A DNA stretch of 63,900 nt, counting the filler, from Octopus bimaculoides (lineage: Eukaryota), in assembly GCF_001194135.2 (NCBI RefSeq). It is 4 parts of 4 records of this genome, joined end to end, with 100 filler letters (N's around TTAATTAATTAA, not from the genome) between each part and the next. Parts side by side here need not be neighbours in the genome. Positions count along the whole stretch, not along the records: positions 1 to 30,368 come from NC_068992.1; positions 30,469 to 59,550 come from NC_068991.1; 2 more parts are not named here. One strand, given 5' to 3'. Below are positions 28,340 to 41,000 of the stretch, piece by piece. Position 1 is the stretch's first letter. Each line of letters begins with the position of its first letter. The position numbers and the translations under genes were made by a program. The notes under the pieces are model-generated. The model was not told where the DNA came from. It made no database searches and saw only the letters and a list, made by a program, of their open reading frames with translations.

Positions 28340-28712
28340 TGCAAAGCAAAGGTCAAGCATAAAATAATGAAAATAATAATAGATATAGCATGCCAAGCTG
28401 ACAAACAAGGTATGCGATAAGGAAGAAAGAAAAGTCGAGAGATACGACAGGATAACTTGGAAGGTTAAGCAGTTATGGTCGCTGGAAAAGGAGATAGTAG
28501 TACTGATAATTNNNNNNNNNNGTGAGTAAATATTTCGAGAAGTACATAGAATAAATAGGGGCTGCAATAAGGGTGGAGCACTTGCAGAAAACAGCACTGC
28601 TTGGAACCGCTCGAATACTCCGGATAGTCGTCGAAAAATAAGGGGTGTTACCTTAGTTCACTTGTAGTGAACAGCTGAAACCGTAGTACATCTCCAGCGT
28701 TGTGCAAAGGCA

Positions 28713-28779
<67 letters not shown>

Positions 28780-29135
28780 TAACAACAACAATAATGGAGT
28801 AGTTGCAAAGATAAAATAGGGCGGCTCAGTATATGGACTCGTCAATACGCTCCACATGCAAATTAAATCACAAAGAAAATAGGTTGAACTTCAACCTTCA
28901 CAAGTTGTCCAAAGATGCTGAAGTTATGATCCTTTGGGAAAATCAGTATTGAAACTGAACGGGAAATTCAGGCAAACCGATTAGATGCGATTGTGAAAGA
29001 TTATGCTGAAACGACATGTCTATTGATGAATGTTGCAGCCACAGCTGACAAAAGGCCATCTTTCTAAATGTCTGAAAAATCTGGAGATGGAAATCAGAAG
29101 AATGTGACATCTCAAAGCAACAGCGTCACCTGTTA
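28340..29135 (+). mobile_element. Two further RLE LINE 3' fragments separated by a (TAA)n array
   Basis: Endonuclease C-terminal remnants (LQKTALLGTARILR-like at about 28580-28630; LEMEIRRM..LK at about 29080). Confidence 0.65.
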
Positions 29136-29149
29136 TTATTCAACATGAG

Positions 29150-30368
29150 CACAATGGTTACTATCAACAAGACTAATAGCAACGAGACGATCGCCACCGT
29201 TAATACCGCCGCTGCCGCCGTCGCCGAGGCCGCCGCCACCACCACCAACACCACCACCGCCAACAACAACCACAACAACAACACCCTCGCTACAACCACC
29301 GGCATTAACACCAAAGCCACTGCCAACTCCAAACACAGCAATTAGCATTATGTTCATTAAAACAACCGCCAACAACTTTATCCAACATCAACGTTATCAT
29401 CAATAATCTCTCCATCGACGCTATCAATAACAGCACTATCACCGCCACACTATCACCACCAGCATTGTGACAACCAACACTATCACTTCAACCACAATCA
29501 CCACGAACACTATCATCTGTAATACCACCACCGCCACCACCGCTACTACTTCTAGGACAAACATCAACAGAAACAACAGCTAAATCTGCTGTCTTAATGC
29601 AAAAGGAATACATTTGCTTGTGTAATCCAAGATATACTTTGGCAGAAAACAGCCAGAAGTATCTCGACTTTCAACACTATCACATCACCATACCGCCGCC
29701 ACCACCACCGCCACTGAAGAGGCTGCCACCACTACACTATTTGCAACTGTTACCACCACCACCATCACCACCGCCACCACCACCACTGCTATCACTCCCT
29801 CCCCCCTTACTCTATTGCATTGCTTTCTTTAATCATCTTTCCACTCATTATCTTTCTCTCTTCCTCGACTTCATTATCTCTCCTCCTCCTACTCCCTCCA
29901 CTGCACCTCTCTCGCTTGCTCATACTCCTACCATCACTCTTACGAAACACCTCCTTCGCTTTCATTAAGTCGTTCCCTTGTCTTCAATTGCCCTCCCTCT
30001 CCCTATTCCTCTAATCCCCTCCCTCTCTCACGCTCTCATATTCTTTCGCTTTCATATTTTTCTCCTCCGTTTAATTGCTTTATCCTCCTCCCCCTCCTCC
30101 TCCTTTTCTCTCCTCTCCCCTCTCCATTCACACCAATACCTACACATTCCCGCCCTTTCTCCTCCTCCTCTACCACCACAACCTCCTACCTACTACACAC
30201 CTCACAGCTCTTTTGTCACAGTTCCGTGTTGACACCACCACCACCACCACCACCACCACCAAAGCCTCCTCTTCCACCGCCACCGTCGGCTTCATATTCT
30301 ATAACTATTATCTATATAAGCACCGCCGCTTCCATCACCCCCACCACCACAACCACCGCCGCCGCCAT
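29150..30368. repeat. Long C-rich low-complexity tract ((CCA/CAA)n and CT-rich)
   Basis: Direct inspection; the poly-T/P/A ORFs here are artefacts. Confidence 0.85.
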
Positions 30369-30468
30369 NNNNNNNNNNNNNNNNNNNNNNNNNNNNNNNN
30401 NNNNNNNNNNNNTTAATTAATTAANNNNNNNNNNNNNNNNNNNNNNNNNNNNNNNNNNNNNNNNNNNN

Positions 30469-30710
30469 TGGTTAAGAGCGCGGGCAACTAACCCCAAGGT
30501 TCCGAGTTCGATTCACGGCAGCGACCTGATTAATAATAATAATTATAATAATAATATAATAATAGTAACATCGTTAGGAATGAGAACCCAGGTTCGAAAT
30601 TTCCCCAAGACACTTGAGGAAGGCTGGAGGGTATATCAGCCGAAACGTTGTGTTAACAAGAAACAAGATGAGGACAAATATCCGTCAAATGTAAATAATG
30701 TAAATAATGT
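30469..30710 (+). mobile_element. tRNA-headed SINE family E carrying a minimal hammerhead motif
   Basis: Head tggttaagagcgcggg...ggttccgagttcgattc, (AAT)n spacer, HHR-like core at 30609-30654, tail aaatgtaaataatgtaaataatgt. Confidence 0.75.
30609..30654 (+). ncRNA. Type I minimal hammerhead ribozyme motif (C3U variant, probably inactive copy)
   Basis: GACAC / UUGAGGA-A / GGCUG-10 nt-CAGCC / GAAAC-GUU / GUGUU; stem I 5 bp, stem II 5 bp, loopless palindromic stem III (ACGU). Confidence 0.6.
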
Positions 30711-31599
30711 TAAGTAAACATTTGTTTTAACTTGCAGTGACTAGTTGTGTAGGCTGCATGGTGGCGACTGATTTCTTTAGTTTAAGATGTGATAAATGAG
30801 AAAAAGTTGAATGTTTTTGGTGAAAACAAACCAATGAAAAACTTGTTTTACTACTTGGAAATTCCGTTGTTGTATGTAGATAGTGAAACATCATAAACTT
30901 CCTTAACAAGCTCAAAGATTTTGGTGCAACATTCTTGCCTTACAAATTCGTACATCCTGACATGAAACTTGTTGCCGTCATTAGAAGGTGTCATTTCTTC
31001 CGAGGAAAACATCAAACGGTCTCCTGCAAATATCGTGGTTTCGATTTCCGTATCAGACAGTTTGTTGAGTTCTTGAGCAAAACTATTCATTTCACACTAC
31101 TTCAGCCCACACAGCACATTAAATGACTAAGTCTGCGACGGACTGGCATCCAGTTCAGGGTAAATGTTAAGATTTCGGTGCCATGAAAACTGAGTAACCT
31201 GCACTATGAGGCCTAGGTCTTGAGACAGTAATGTCCAAGGGATGATGACGATGACGACCACGACCACCACGAAAGATATATATTACAAAGCTATTTGCAT
31301 TGGGATGAGGTCATATTGTGACACACCTAGCTGAAGGAGAACCGGTTGCAACTGAAGCAAGTAAGAGGGTGATTACTACTCTGGATTCAATCACCAGAAT
31401 CATAAAATGATCTGGAGCAGAGACAAAAGCACAACAATCCTTGAAGCTGAAGTGACAGAAAATTATTGGAGTCGATACAAACCGAAATAAGACGATTAGA
31501 CGCAGCCGTTTGGATCCTGGTGATTTGGCACGACTAACTAGACATGGAACCCGCTTTGGCGATAACACTTTTTTGTGACTAGAAGCAAATACGCACACA

Positions 31600-31646
<47 letters not shown>

Positions 31647-33722
31647 ACGCGCATGCAGAAATATAGACATACACACCGAGAGAGTGGGGGAAGAAAGACA
31701 TAAGAATTTATTGATTGAATGCGATAGACATAAATACTTTCTGATCAGGTGCGGGTATAGAAAAATATGCTCGTGGACATAAATAGAGGGAGAGTGCGGC
31801 GGGACAGNNNNNNNNNNNNNNNNNNNNNNNNNNNNNNNNNNNNNNNNNNNNNNNNNNNNNNNNNNNNNNNNNNNNNNNNNNNNNNNNNNNNNNNNNNNNN
31901 NNNNNNNNNNNNNNNNNNNNNNNNNNNNNNNNNNNNNNNNNNNNNNNNNNNNNNNNNNNNGCCTTGTGCGTGGATTTGGTAGACGGAAACTGAAAGAAGC
32001 CCGTCGTATATATGTATATATATAGATGTATGTGTGTGTTTGTCCCCCCAACATCGCTTGACAACCGATGCTGGTGTGTTTATGTCCCCGTAACTTAGCG
32101 GTTCGACAAAAGAGATCGATAGAATAAGTACTAGGCTTCTAAAGAATAAGTCCTGGGGTCGATTTGCTCGACTAAAAGTGCTCCAGCATGGCCACAGTCA
32201 AAAGACTGAAACAAGTAAAAGAGTAAAAGAGTAAGAGGTATATATATACCTACGTACATATTTATTTATGCAGAAAAACATGCTAAAGAAATATCAGAAA
32301 CTGTGTAGAACATTAATGGACATGGAAAGAAAAATAGTGAAAATGGAAATGATGTACGCGTGAGATTATTCAAATCGATATAAAAGAAAAAAAATGTAAA
32401 ACTTTCGAAGACTAAATATATAAAAAAAAATGCATTTCAAGATAGATAACTCTTTCTATACTAAACAAAATATTTCGATGAATATTTCGATATTTAGATA
32501 GTCAAAGAAAGAGTTATCTACCTTTTATTAAAAGTATGTCATATTGAATCAAATATAATTTCATGTCTCAGAACGTCCGTAAATTCCAGGCTTTACGCAT
32601 ATATTAAAAAAAAAACATTTGTTTACCGATGTTTAGGAAATTTTTGTTCTAGTGTTTTCAGACAAAGAAATATTCTTTTATGACGTCATGTAATTAGCGT
32701 TTTGTTAATTAATAAGATAAATATAATTTACTCAAAGCGAAAGATGTCGGAGCTCTATTCTTTCCAAATGTTTCTATTATGACGTAATAATAGTTACAAT
32801 GTCTTCATAAAGTATTCAAATTTATTTTTCCTATCTTTTTTTTCATATTTTCAATGCTTTAGGAGACACCAGCTTTGGAATTATATAGATTTTTGTATCT
32901 CCTATATTAAAACCAAAACAGACAACAGCAACTCAGAAATGTTACCAAGCAGTATGGTAGACAAACATACTTTAGATATTCTACAAACAAACAACACAAA
33001 ATCTTAATAAGAATGTCGGAAAATATCCGGGTGAGGATTTTTTTCCGAACGTGCATATACTGAAGCACACGTACGCACGCATGCACGCACACACACATTT
33101 TTATTCTTTCACTGCGTTCATTCGTTGAACTGTGCCCATGCTGACGATCCGTCTTCAAACGTTCTTAGTCGATCATAGAAACCTTAGTGCCATCAAATAA
33201 TGGACTGACACACCGAAAGTTAAACTCACACTCATAAGCGATTTCTAGCTAAAGTCCTTCGTGAGGCTTGAAGTATCAGTTTTTATCTCATTTGGTTTTA
33301 TTTTGTAATGGTCACAGCGGCGATGTATTTTTGCCTTATGGTTGCACCTTTGCTTTTTGTTTTTCCAGTCCCTATTCAGTCTTCTTTCAAATTCCAGGAA
33401 AACATCTTTTCCAGCTGGTTAACGACACAAAACCTGTGCCTAGTATATTGCGAGTAAGGGAGCGAATCACTCCCCTCCAGCGTTCGAGTCGTTCTTCACA
33501 TCTTTTCTCTCTTTCTTCTTCTTCTTCTTCTTCTTCTTCTTCTTCTTCTTCTTCTTCGTCGTCGTCGTCGTCGTCGTCGTCATCATCATAATCATCTTTA
33601 CTTTTTCTCAGGAATGTTGAAATGGACATTAATGAAATACAATAGATCCTTGACACACGCTTTCTAACATGTAAAGTCTACGGTTTCTACCATGTAAAAT
33701 CAACTATTAAATCGTTTCTACT

Positions 33723-33798
<76 letters not shown>

Positions 33799-33816
33799 AC
33801 ACACACGCACACGTGA

Positions 33817-33878
<62 letters not shown>

Positions 33879-35611
33879 GTGTAAGTCAGGAGGTATGAGA
33901 GGTGAATTTTTTTATTTAACCATTCTTTTTATTTAAGCTTCTTCATATGATAATAATAATTTCAGTGCATAATAAATTATGTTTACATGTCTGCACTAAT
34001 ACGCGTGCTCCGCTTCATACGATACAGTTGTACATTCACAAATCAATGTAGAAAAAGAAAGATAACTCATCGGATCACCAGAACCACCATGATGTTCTGG
34101 TAATTTGATGAACTAGCTTTCTTGGTTGATAAATTTGTTCAGTTGTTTCACGTATCTTTGAGTTTTTGAACACGCTGTTTAGCGTCAACCTAGTTATGAA
34201 ATGTCCCTCTTGTATTGTATAACGGTACAGGCTCTTGTCCAATTTCTTATAATGCAGCAAACCTGATGGTTCCAGCTGGAATCTGAAATATTTTATTTCG
34301 AAAGTACTACAATACCTTCAAATTTTTAACAAGCACGTCTCGTAATTTTTTTTCTTAATAAAATATGATACCTCAAATTGTTGTTGTTGTTGTTATTATT
34401 ACTAAACTTATAAAAACAGTAGAGAATCTAATGAAATGTTTGGTTGTATTTAGAATTTCCTTCTCAGTGTCTTGGGTTCAAATCCCGCCAGTCTTAACTT
34501 CCGTATTCACTTGCATTCCCCATGGAAATTCCACAGATGATTTTTGTAGTACACTATCAACCATAATCATTTCCATTGTCGGTAATAATGGCCTGTCGAT
34601 TAAGCGATAGTTTTCTCTGCTTTTCTTTCCTCTATTCTTCTATTCTCTCAACTTCTCAGCACACCATTGGCACCGTTATTAATGGAATGTTTATCAGTGG
34701 ACACAGAGTTTGCTTGGACCGGTTTCTTCGACATATCATCATCGTGACAATCACCAATGGAACTCACTTTAGAGAAACCAGAGTTTGATCGGGCTATATT
34801 TTCAGTCCAGACATTGTCAGTTCAGCAATCAAAGTTTTTGACACGAGCACAGTGATTGGTAGTGTTGATCAATTTAATATGATTGACCTTTGGCATACAT
34901 TTATCAAGACAAAAACCAACTTTAAAAAAAAAACAGGTCAAGAAACGGTTAATGATTGTTCCATTGACGAAAAAGGCTGAAAACCAATTTTCATGAGGCA
35001 ACAAGTAATATGAACGGCAAAGAAAGGATCCAATCGTATGGAGCGATTCTCCTAAAACGCTTTCCAGAATTTCCTGGCAAGCTTTCCGTTTTTGCTTTGT
35101 TGGCTGTCTGTTTGTTTTTGTTTTTGCTCATGTTGTTTTAACATCTTTCAAAGAAAATGGTAAGTTTATATATGTAACATAATACCATATTCAAGTCACT
35201 TGTAATTCCAGAACATGTAACAGAGAAGCATCTTGTAAGAGCATCGGTAGCTGTGTTACTGTTGTAAGGTATTAATCGAGTGTCATAGTTGTAGGATGAT
35301 GATGTGAAGCTTCCAAAGAAAAATCTTATTCTTCGTTTTCCCTCCACTGTATGACTAAATAGGAATTTGTTCGCTTGTTGAAGTTTATATAACATTGAGT
35401 AGTTTACCTTTCTTAGCAGTATTTATAACAGTTAAACCTCCATTTCAATTGAAAAGAAATTTTGAAGCACCAGAACTGTAGGTTAAGAGAAGTTAGTTAC
35501 AATATGTTGTGGAACTTCAGGTGAAATAAGCGAAAGAGAAATTAACTATTGAAGTTTTAAGTAGAACAACAACAAAAACCGAGATATCCTTTTATTTTTA
35601 TATATATATAC

Positions 35612-35644
<33 letters not shown>

Positions 35645-35884
35645 NNNNNNNNNNNNNNNNNNNNNNNNNNNNNNNNNNNNNNNNNNNNNNNNNNNNNNNN
35701 NNNNNNNNNNNNNNNNNNNNNNNNNNNNNNNNNNNNNNNNNNNNNNNNNNNNNNNNNNNNNNNNNNNNNNNNNNNNNNNNNNNNNNNNNNNNNNNNNNNN
35801 NNNNNNNNNNNNNNNNNNNNNNNNNNNNNNNNNNNNNNNNNNNNNNNNNNNNNNNNNNNNNNNNNNNNNNNNNNNNNNNNNNNN

Positions 35885-35918
<34 letters not shown>

Positions 35919-36779
35919 TTGCAATTGAAAAATATAATTTAGTTGGGGTTGAATTAACTCAAAGAAAGGAGACACTCATTTAGAGCAGTGATTAAACGAA
36001 GTCGTCGTAATTGTTTGACATTGTAAGACGGTAAGTTACTAACAAGGGATTTCAATCTTTTGCAATTATTGTGCAGAAAATTACTTTCTACTTCGTATCC
36101 AAAGTAACAACTGGAGAAGACATTGACGAAGACACTTGTCATTGTTCAATATAACACTGAATCTGGTATACGCAAATGAGGTACGCATTAAGTATGATAC
36201 ATAACATGGTTAGTTTAATGTTGCGTCTTTTAATAACTAGTTATATGAAGACCTCACGTTATTTCATAACACCACCTTCCCCAGTGTACATAACCCACAC
36301 CTGATATATGCCTTACACTATTCAACAACTGTGTAACCTCTAAGAAACATTCTTTAAAATTATCTAAATGAAAAATATCTGCTAGAAAAATGAACACAAT
36401 GTTATATTTTCGTCAAGCTGGGTGACAAGAAAATCACAGCAGTGTTGCTTAATTAATGGTGGCCGATGTCCATAACATGAAATCTCATAGCTAAAAATAA
36501 CAAGTTTTATATCCTGCATGGCAATTTTCTTGACCGAAATATAAACAACTCTTCAGTCTATCTTTCAGTCTATCTGAAAGAGGATAGAGTTGGAATACAA
36601 TTCTCCTATATTATTATTTATGATAAATCTATGGCTTCATACTTTATTCCAGTATGCTGTAATAGCATTGTATTTACATGCACAGAAGCATACATTTTCC
36701 TCTAAAAAAGAATTACTTTAAAACATTCTTTAATGGGGGTATGATGAAATATACTAAATTTATTGTTTCACAAAATATG

Positions 36780-36837
36780 CTTCTAGAAACGGGGGGTGCG
36801 ACTTGCATAAGGGTGTCTTATACGCCGGCAAATACAG
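36780..36837 (-). mobile_element. Tc2/pogo-like terminal remnant
   Basis: Reverse complement CTGTATTTGCCGGCGTATAAGACAC resembles Tc2-type termini; the other end is not clear. Confidence 0.45.
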
Positions 36838-37878
36838 TTCTTACTTCAGTAAGGGGGAGTAACTCAATAACAAGGGACATAATTCAAGATAAACTCGATT
36901 GTTCAACAAATATAGACCGCTAAATTGCCAGTTTTGTTCTGGCTGCGTAGTTAAGAAGTTCTTACTCTACGAACGATCTTGGCAGACAGAAACAATGTGT
37001 GTGTATCGAGAGAAAACCAAAACAAATCGTTTTGTTATATGTGACTATCCCGCCAGAAATGCCGTAGACCCCGTTGGAAAGATGAAATACATGACACTAA
37101 TGTTTACACCACTTACGATATAAGAAAATAAATAATAAATGGCAGTCTGCTGGAGATTGAAATTCTTAGGTTTAAATATTTGTTTCTTTTGTAAATATTT
37201 AAAATGACCGAATTTAGGCTCTCATCTATTATGTCCTTAAAATCGCCACACTATTTAACATTTGACAGCTATTGGGAAAACAAAAATCTAGTTTTTTTTT
37301 ATTGAAGATATTAAACAAAAATAACGTGAATATGAGTGCCTTCTCAGACGGTTTCAGTAGCATATCAGTTTTCTACTTGTACTACTACTACTATTACTAT
37401 GAGAAGAGTTTCCTAATTAATTTTTTACTCAGTCTTTCTTTCTCCATTTTCTGGAAGAAAGAATGCTGTGAGTAATAACCCACGACCCTTCTTATGACAC
37501 AACAAAACCGATATTTCGAAAAAGAGACAAGAAAATAGAGAAAATAAAAGAATTGACCTTTGTGCTTGGTTATTGACCGGAATGAGATTTGAAATCAGAA
37601 CACAGCGAGTCGGAATAGATACCACAAAGCAATGCTTCTCACAGATAGATCTACGATGACTGAAAAGGACCGGACAAATTGCCATGCCTAATACCATGGT
37701 GAAGATATTATGTGGGTGCATACGTTATTTATTTCATAAAGATTGAGCGAAAAGAGGATGTTTTTACTTTTTTTATTTTATTTTCGGGGAATGAGGAATA
37801 GACTTATTTGAAAGCATGGACACAACTGTTCCGACCCTCGAACAATTCTGCAAACTCACCTGCCGGTGTTCCTTTAGT

Positions 37879-37891
37879 CTTCCGACCGGAA
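37879..37891. promoter_or_regulatory. Paired oppositely oriented ETS-type core sites
   Basis: cttccg-a-ccggaa: CGGAAG on - strand and CCGGAA on + strand, in a locally CpG-rich patch between the KIZ start and a - strand donor. Confidence 0.4.
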
Positions 37892-37929
37892 ATTTATTGT
37901 ATTGGAGATAATTTCTAGTCGTCACCCTA

Positions 37930-37943
37930 GTTACTTTAGCAAC
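37930..37943. promoter_or_regulatory. RFX X-box upstream of KIZ
   Basis: GTTACTTTAGCAAC fits GTTRCYNNRGYAAC at all positions, 32 nt before the ATG of a centrosomal/ciliary gene. Confidence 0.65.
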
Positions 37944-37975
37944 AGCAACAAAGGACTTAAGAGATCGGTTCCGAG

Positions 37976-38040
37976 ATGGAATGTCATGCTAACAAATTTT
38001 ATGTGAAACAAAATGAATTAATTTCTCTCATACGCCAAAG
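37976..38040 (+). CDS. KIZ: KIZ coding exon 1 (MECHANKFYVKQNELISLIRQ-S)
   Basis: ATG at 37976, donor AAG|GTAAAT at 38041, ends in phase 2 matching exon 2; lies 32 nt after an X-box. Confidence 0.82.
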
Positions 38041-41000
38041 GTAAATATTAAAAATCAATACTTTTTCATCCATCTACGTGTGTTCTTCAAATTTCGTACA
38101 GTAACTGAATTAACAACAACACGCGGAAAGTTTACAGAATGTTTTCTTAAAAGAAACTGAATGATAGTTCATTGTCCAAATTATTATTTTCATCATCATC
38201 ATCATCATCATCAGTAGTAGTAGTTAATTTTTATGCAATCAATGGTATTTCAACAAGTTTTCTGGCAGCTTTTGCTTTATTTTATTTCAAGTTTGCAATA
38301 CTTAAACTATTATAGTCAAAACGGTGTTCTTTGAGTTTATGTTCTGCTTTCAATTTGTCGCCTTTATTATGGGTTTACGTTCAGTTTAATATTAATTAAT
38401 ATTAATTAGATAAACCTTTAGTTTAGGGCACTTATTCGTTTGAGCGAAATCATTGCTTTCTGATTTTTTTTTATCTTTTTTTTTTTACAAACGTTTGTTT
38501 GTTTACATTTTTAATCCCGCTTCTATTTTCTTTTATTATACTTTTAATTTTTTTATTTTTTTTTAACGGTTTTCGTGTTTTTATGTTATGGGCATCAGAT
38601 ATTTACCACAAGGAAAAATCAACATGAAATATCCACTTTTTCTTGCTTACATGGATAAAATGAGAATATTGATAATGACAATGTGTGTGTGTATCTCAGA
38701 AAATAAAGCTGGAGTTTATTAACACATATTANNNNNNNNNNGAATCATGTGTGTGCGAAGCCAACTTCTTACCACACAAACAGACCTGTTCAATATTTCA
38801 TTAACGTTTTCCAGGAAAGGAATATATATTTCTTTATTGCCCACAGGGGGCTAACCATAGAGGGAACAAACAAGAACAGACTAAGGGTTTAAGTCGATTA
38901 CATCAGCTCCAGTGTGTAACTGGTACTTATTTAATCGACCCTGAAAGGATGAATGGCAAAGTCGACCTCGGCAGAGTTTTAACTCAGAATGTAACAGCAG
39001 ACGAAATATCACTAAACATTTCGCCCGGCGTGCTAACGATTCTGCCAGCTCACCGCTACAAGAAAGCCAAAAGGCTCTTGCTCTCTAACATTACTAGATC
39101 TCTTTGTTCAGAAAGTTTCAGATACTTCTCTCTTTCTTTCTCCCTGTCTCGCTCTATTTCTCTCTCCCTCTCTCAGTAATGCAGTGAACCACTAAACCCG
39201 TTAGAATTCAGACTTCTCTCTAAAATGTAAAGCTTATTTATTCACATTGTTTTGAATTAATCCTGCATTATCTCATTGCTTTGAAATTATGATGATGGTG
39301 ATGATGATCACCATCATCATTTAGCATCCACTGTCCATGCTGGGATGGGTTGGACAGTTTGATCAGAGCTGGTAAGCTGAGGGGCTGCACCAGACTCCCT
39401 CTGGTTTGGCATGGTTTCTACAGCTGGATGCCGTTCCTAATGCCAACCACTCTGAGAGTGTAATGGGTGCTTTTACATGCCATGGGCATGAGGGCCAATT
39501 ACATGACATCAGTATCTGCCACAACTATGATTTCACCTGGCTTGATGGGTCTTCTTCTCAAACACAGCATATTGTCAAAAGTCTCGGCCATTTGCCATTG
39601 CCTCTGTGAGGCCCAGCACTTGAATGGTGCTTTTTTACATGCCACCGGCACAGGTGCCAGTTACATGACACCGACATCAGCCTCGCTGCCTCCAGGAAGC
39701 CCAGCACTTGAAAGGTGCTTTTTATGTGTCATCAGTACTGGTGCCAGTTATGTGACACCAACAATGGCCACAACTATGACCTCACAGGTCTTCTCAAGCA
39801 CGGCATATTGCTAAACATCTCAGTCACTAGTCTTTGCTTCCATGAGGCCCAATGTTCAAAGATCATGCTTAACCACCTCACCCCACGCTTTCCTCGGTCT
39901 CCCTCTTCCACAGTTTCCTTCCACTGGTAGAAATCAGCACTTTTTCACACAACTGTCCACATCTGTATGCATCACATGACCATACCAACGCAGTTGTCTC
40001 TCTTGCACACCCACCACATCTGATGCCTCTTATGCCCAACTTTTCCCTCAAGATGTTTACACTCTGTCATGCATGCATGCTGACATTGCACATCCACCAA
40101 AGCATATTAGCTTTATTTCTTTCAAGCCTATGCATGTCTTCAGCAGTCACAGCCCATGTTTCACTGCCATTTAGCATGGCTGTTCGTACACAGGCATCAT
40201 GATATAATTATTTATTTTTAGAATGACATTGTAGGGTAGGTGTGAGAGGCCAGATCTAGCTGGTTTGAACATAAAACAGGTAGAATATTTGGACCAGATA
40301 TGGTTGGTTTAAATGCTAAAGAGTTAATGATCAATTGGAGAACTGTAACCAATATGGTTATTAATACTCATCACTTTTAATATAAAAACATATTATTCTT
40401 TTTAATTTAATTCAAATTTACTATAGAATAATTACTATTTTCATATTTCAGTGAAAGGGAGAGAGTTAATTTGGAAATGCAACTATGTGAATTAGATACA
40501 CCTAAATCAAAACAGTAAGTGTTGTTTTGTTTTTTATTATGTAATTTTATTGAATATTTTATTTGTTTTCTTTTATTATATATGATTTTATTGAATTTTT
40601 ATTTGTTTCGTATTTTGGGTTTTTTTTTTTTTTGCATAATTCACCTTGATTGCTCACGCTAACAATTGTATGATATTAGTTATATAGCTCTCTACACAAG
40701 AAACCTGTCTCAATTCTCATTCCTTTCTTCCATATTTTACCTTACTATTGCCTAGCGTAGACCTGTCTCCCCTTTCTACTCTAGCCCCTTTTAAAGGGGA
40801 TCTTGGTAGTCTTCTGAGTTACATTGGAATCACATTAGTGCTGGTACCATGTAAAAGGTTACCCAATACAATCAGTGAAACGGATTGCGTTAAGAAAGGC
40901 ATTCGGCTGTAGAAACCATGGCCAAAGCAGACATTGTGGCACAGTACAATCCCTGGACCCATCAAGCCCTGTCAAACCAGCCGAGAAAGAAAGAGCATAA

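Noticed and set aside
30413-30424. TTAATTAATTAA embedded in N runs (also 59595-59606 and 62766-62777)
   Set aside because: The identical 12-mer centred in equal-sized gaps gives stops in all six frames; it is an assembly linker, not biology.
32443-32520. 15-bp inverted repeat (tagataactctttct / agaaagagttatcta)
   Set aside because: Probably a small MITE remnant; there is no further evidence of function.
33387-33656. Acidic-tract ORF on the - strand and a possible 56-nt + strand exon (33399-33454)
   Set aside because: The ORF is driven by (TTC/GTC)n repeats; the small exon has no partner exons or homology.
37425-37721. 98-aa - strand ORF next to the KIZ promoter
   Set aside because: It overlaps a decayed family A-like SINE (gagatttgaaatcagaac...) and has no recognisable homology.
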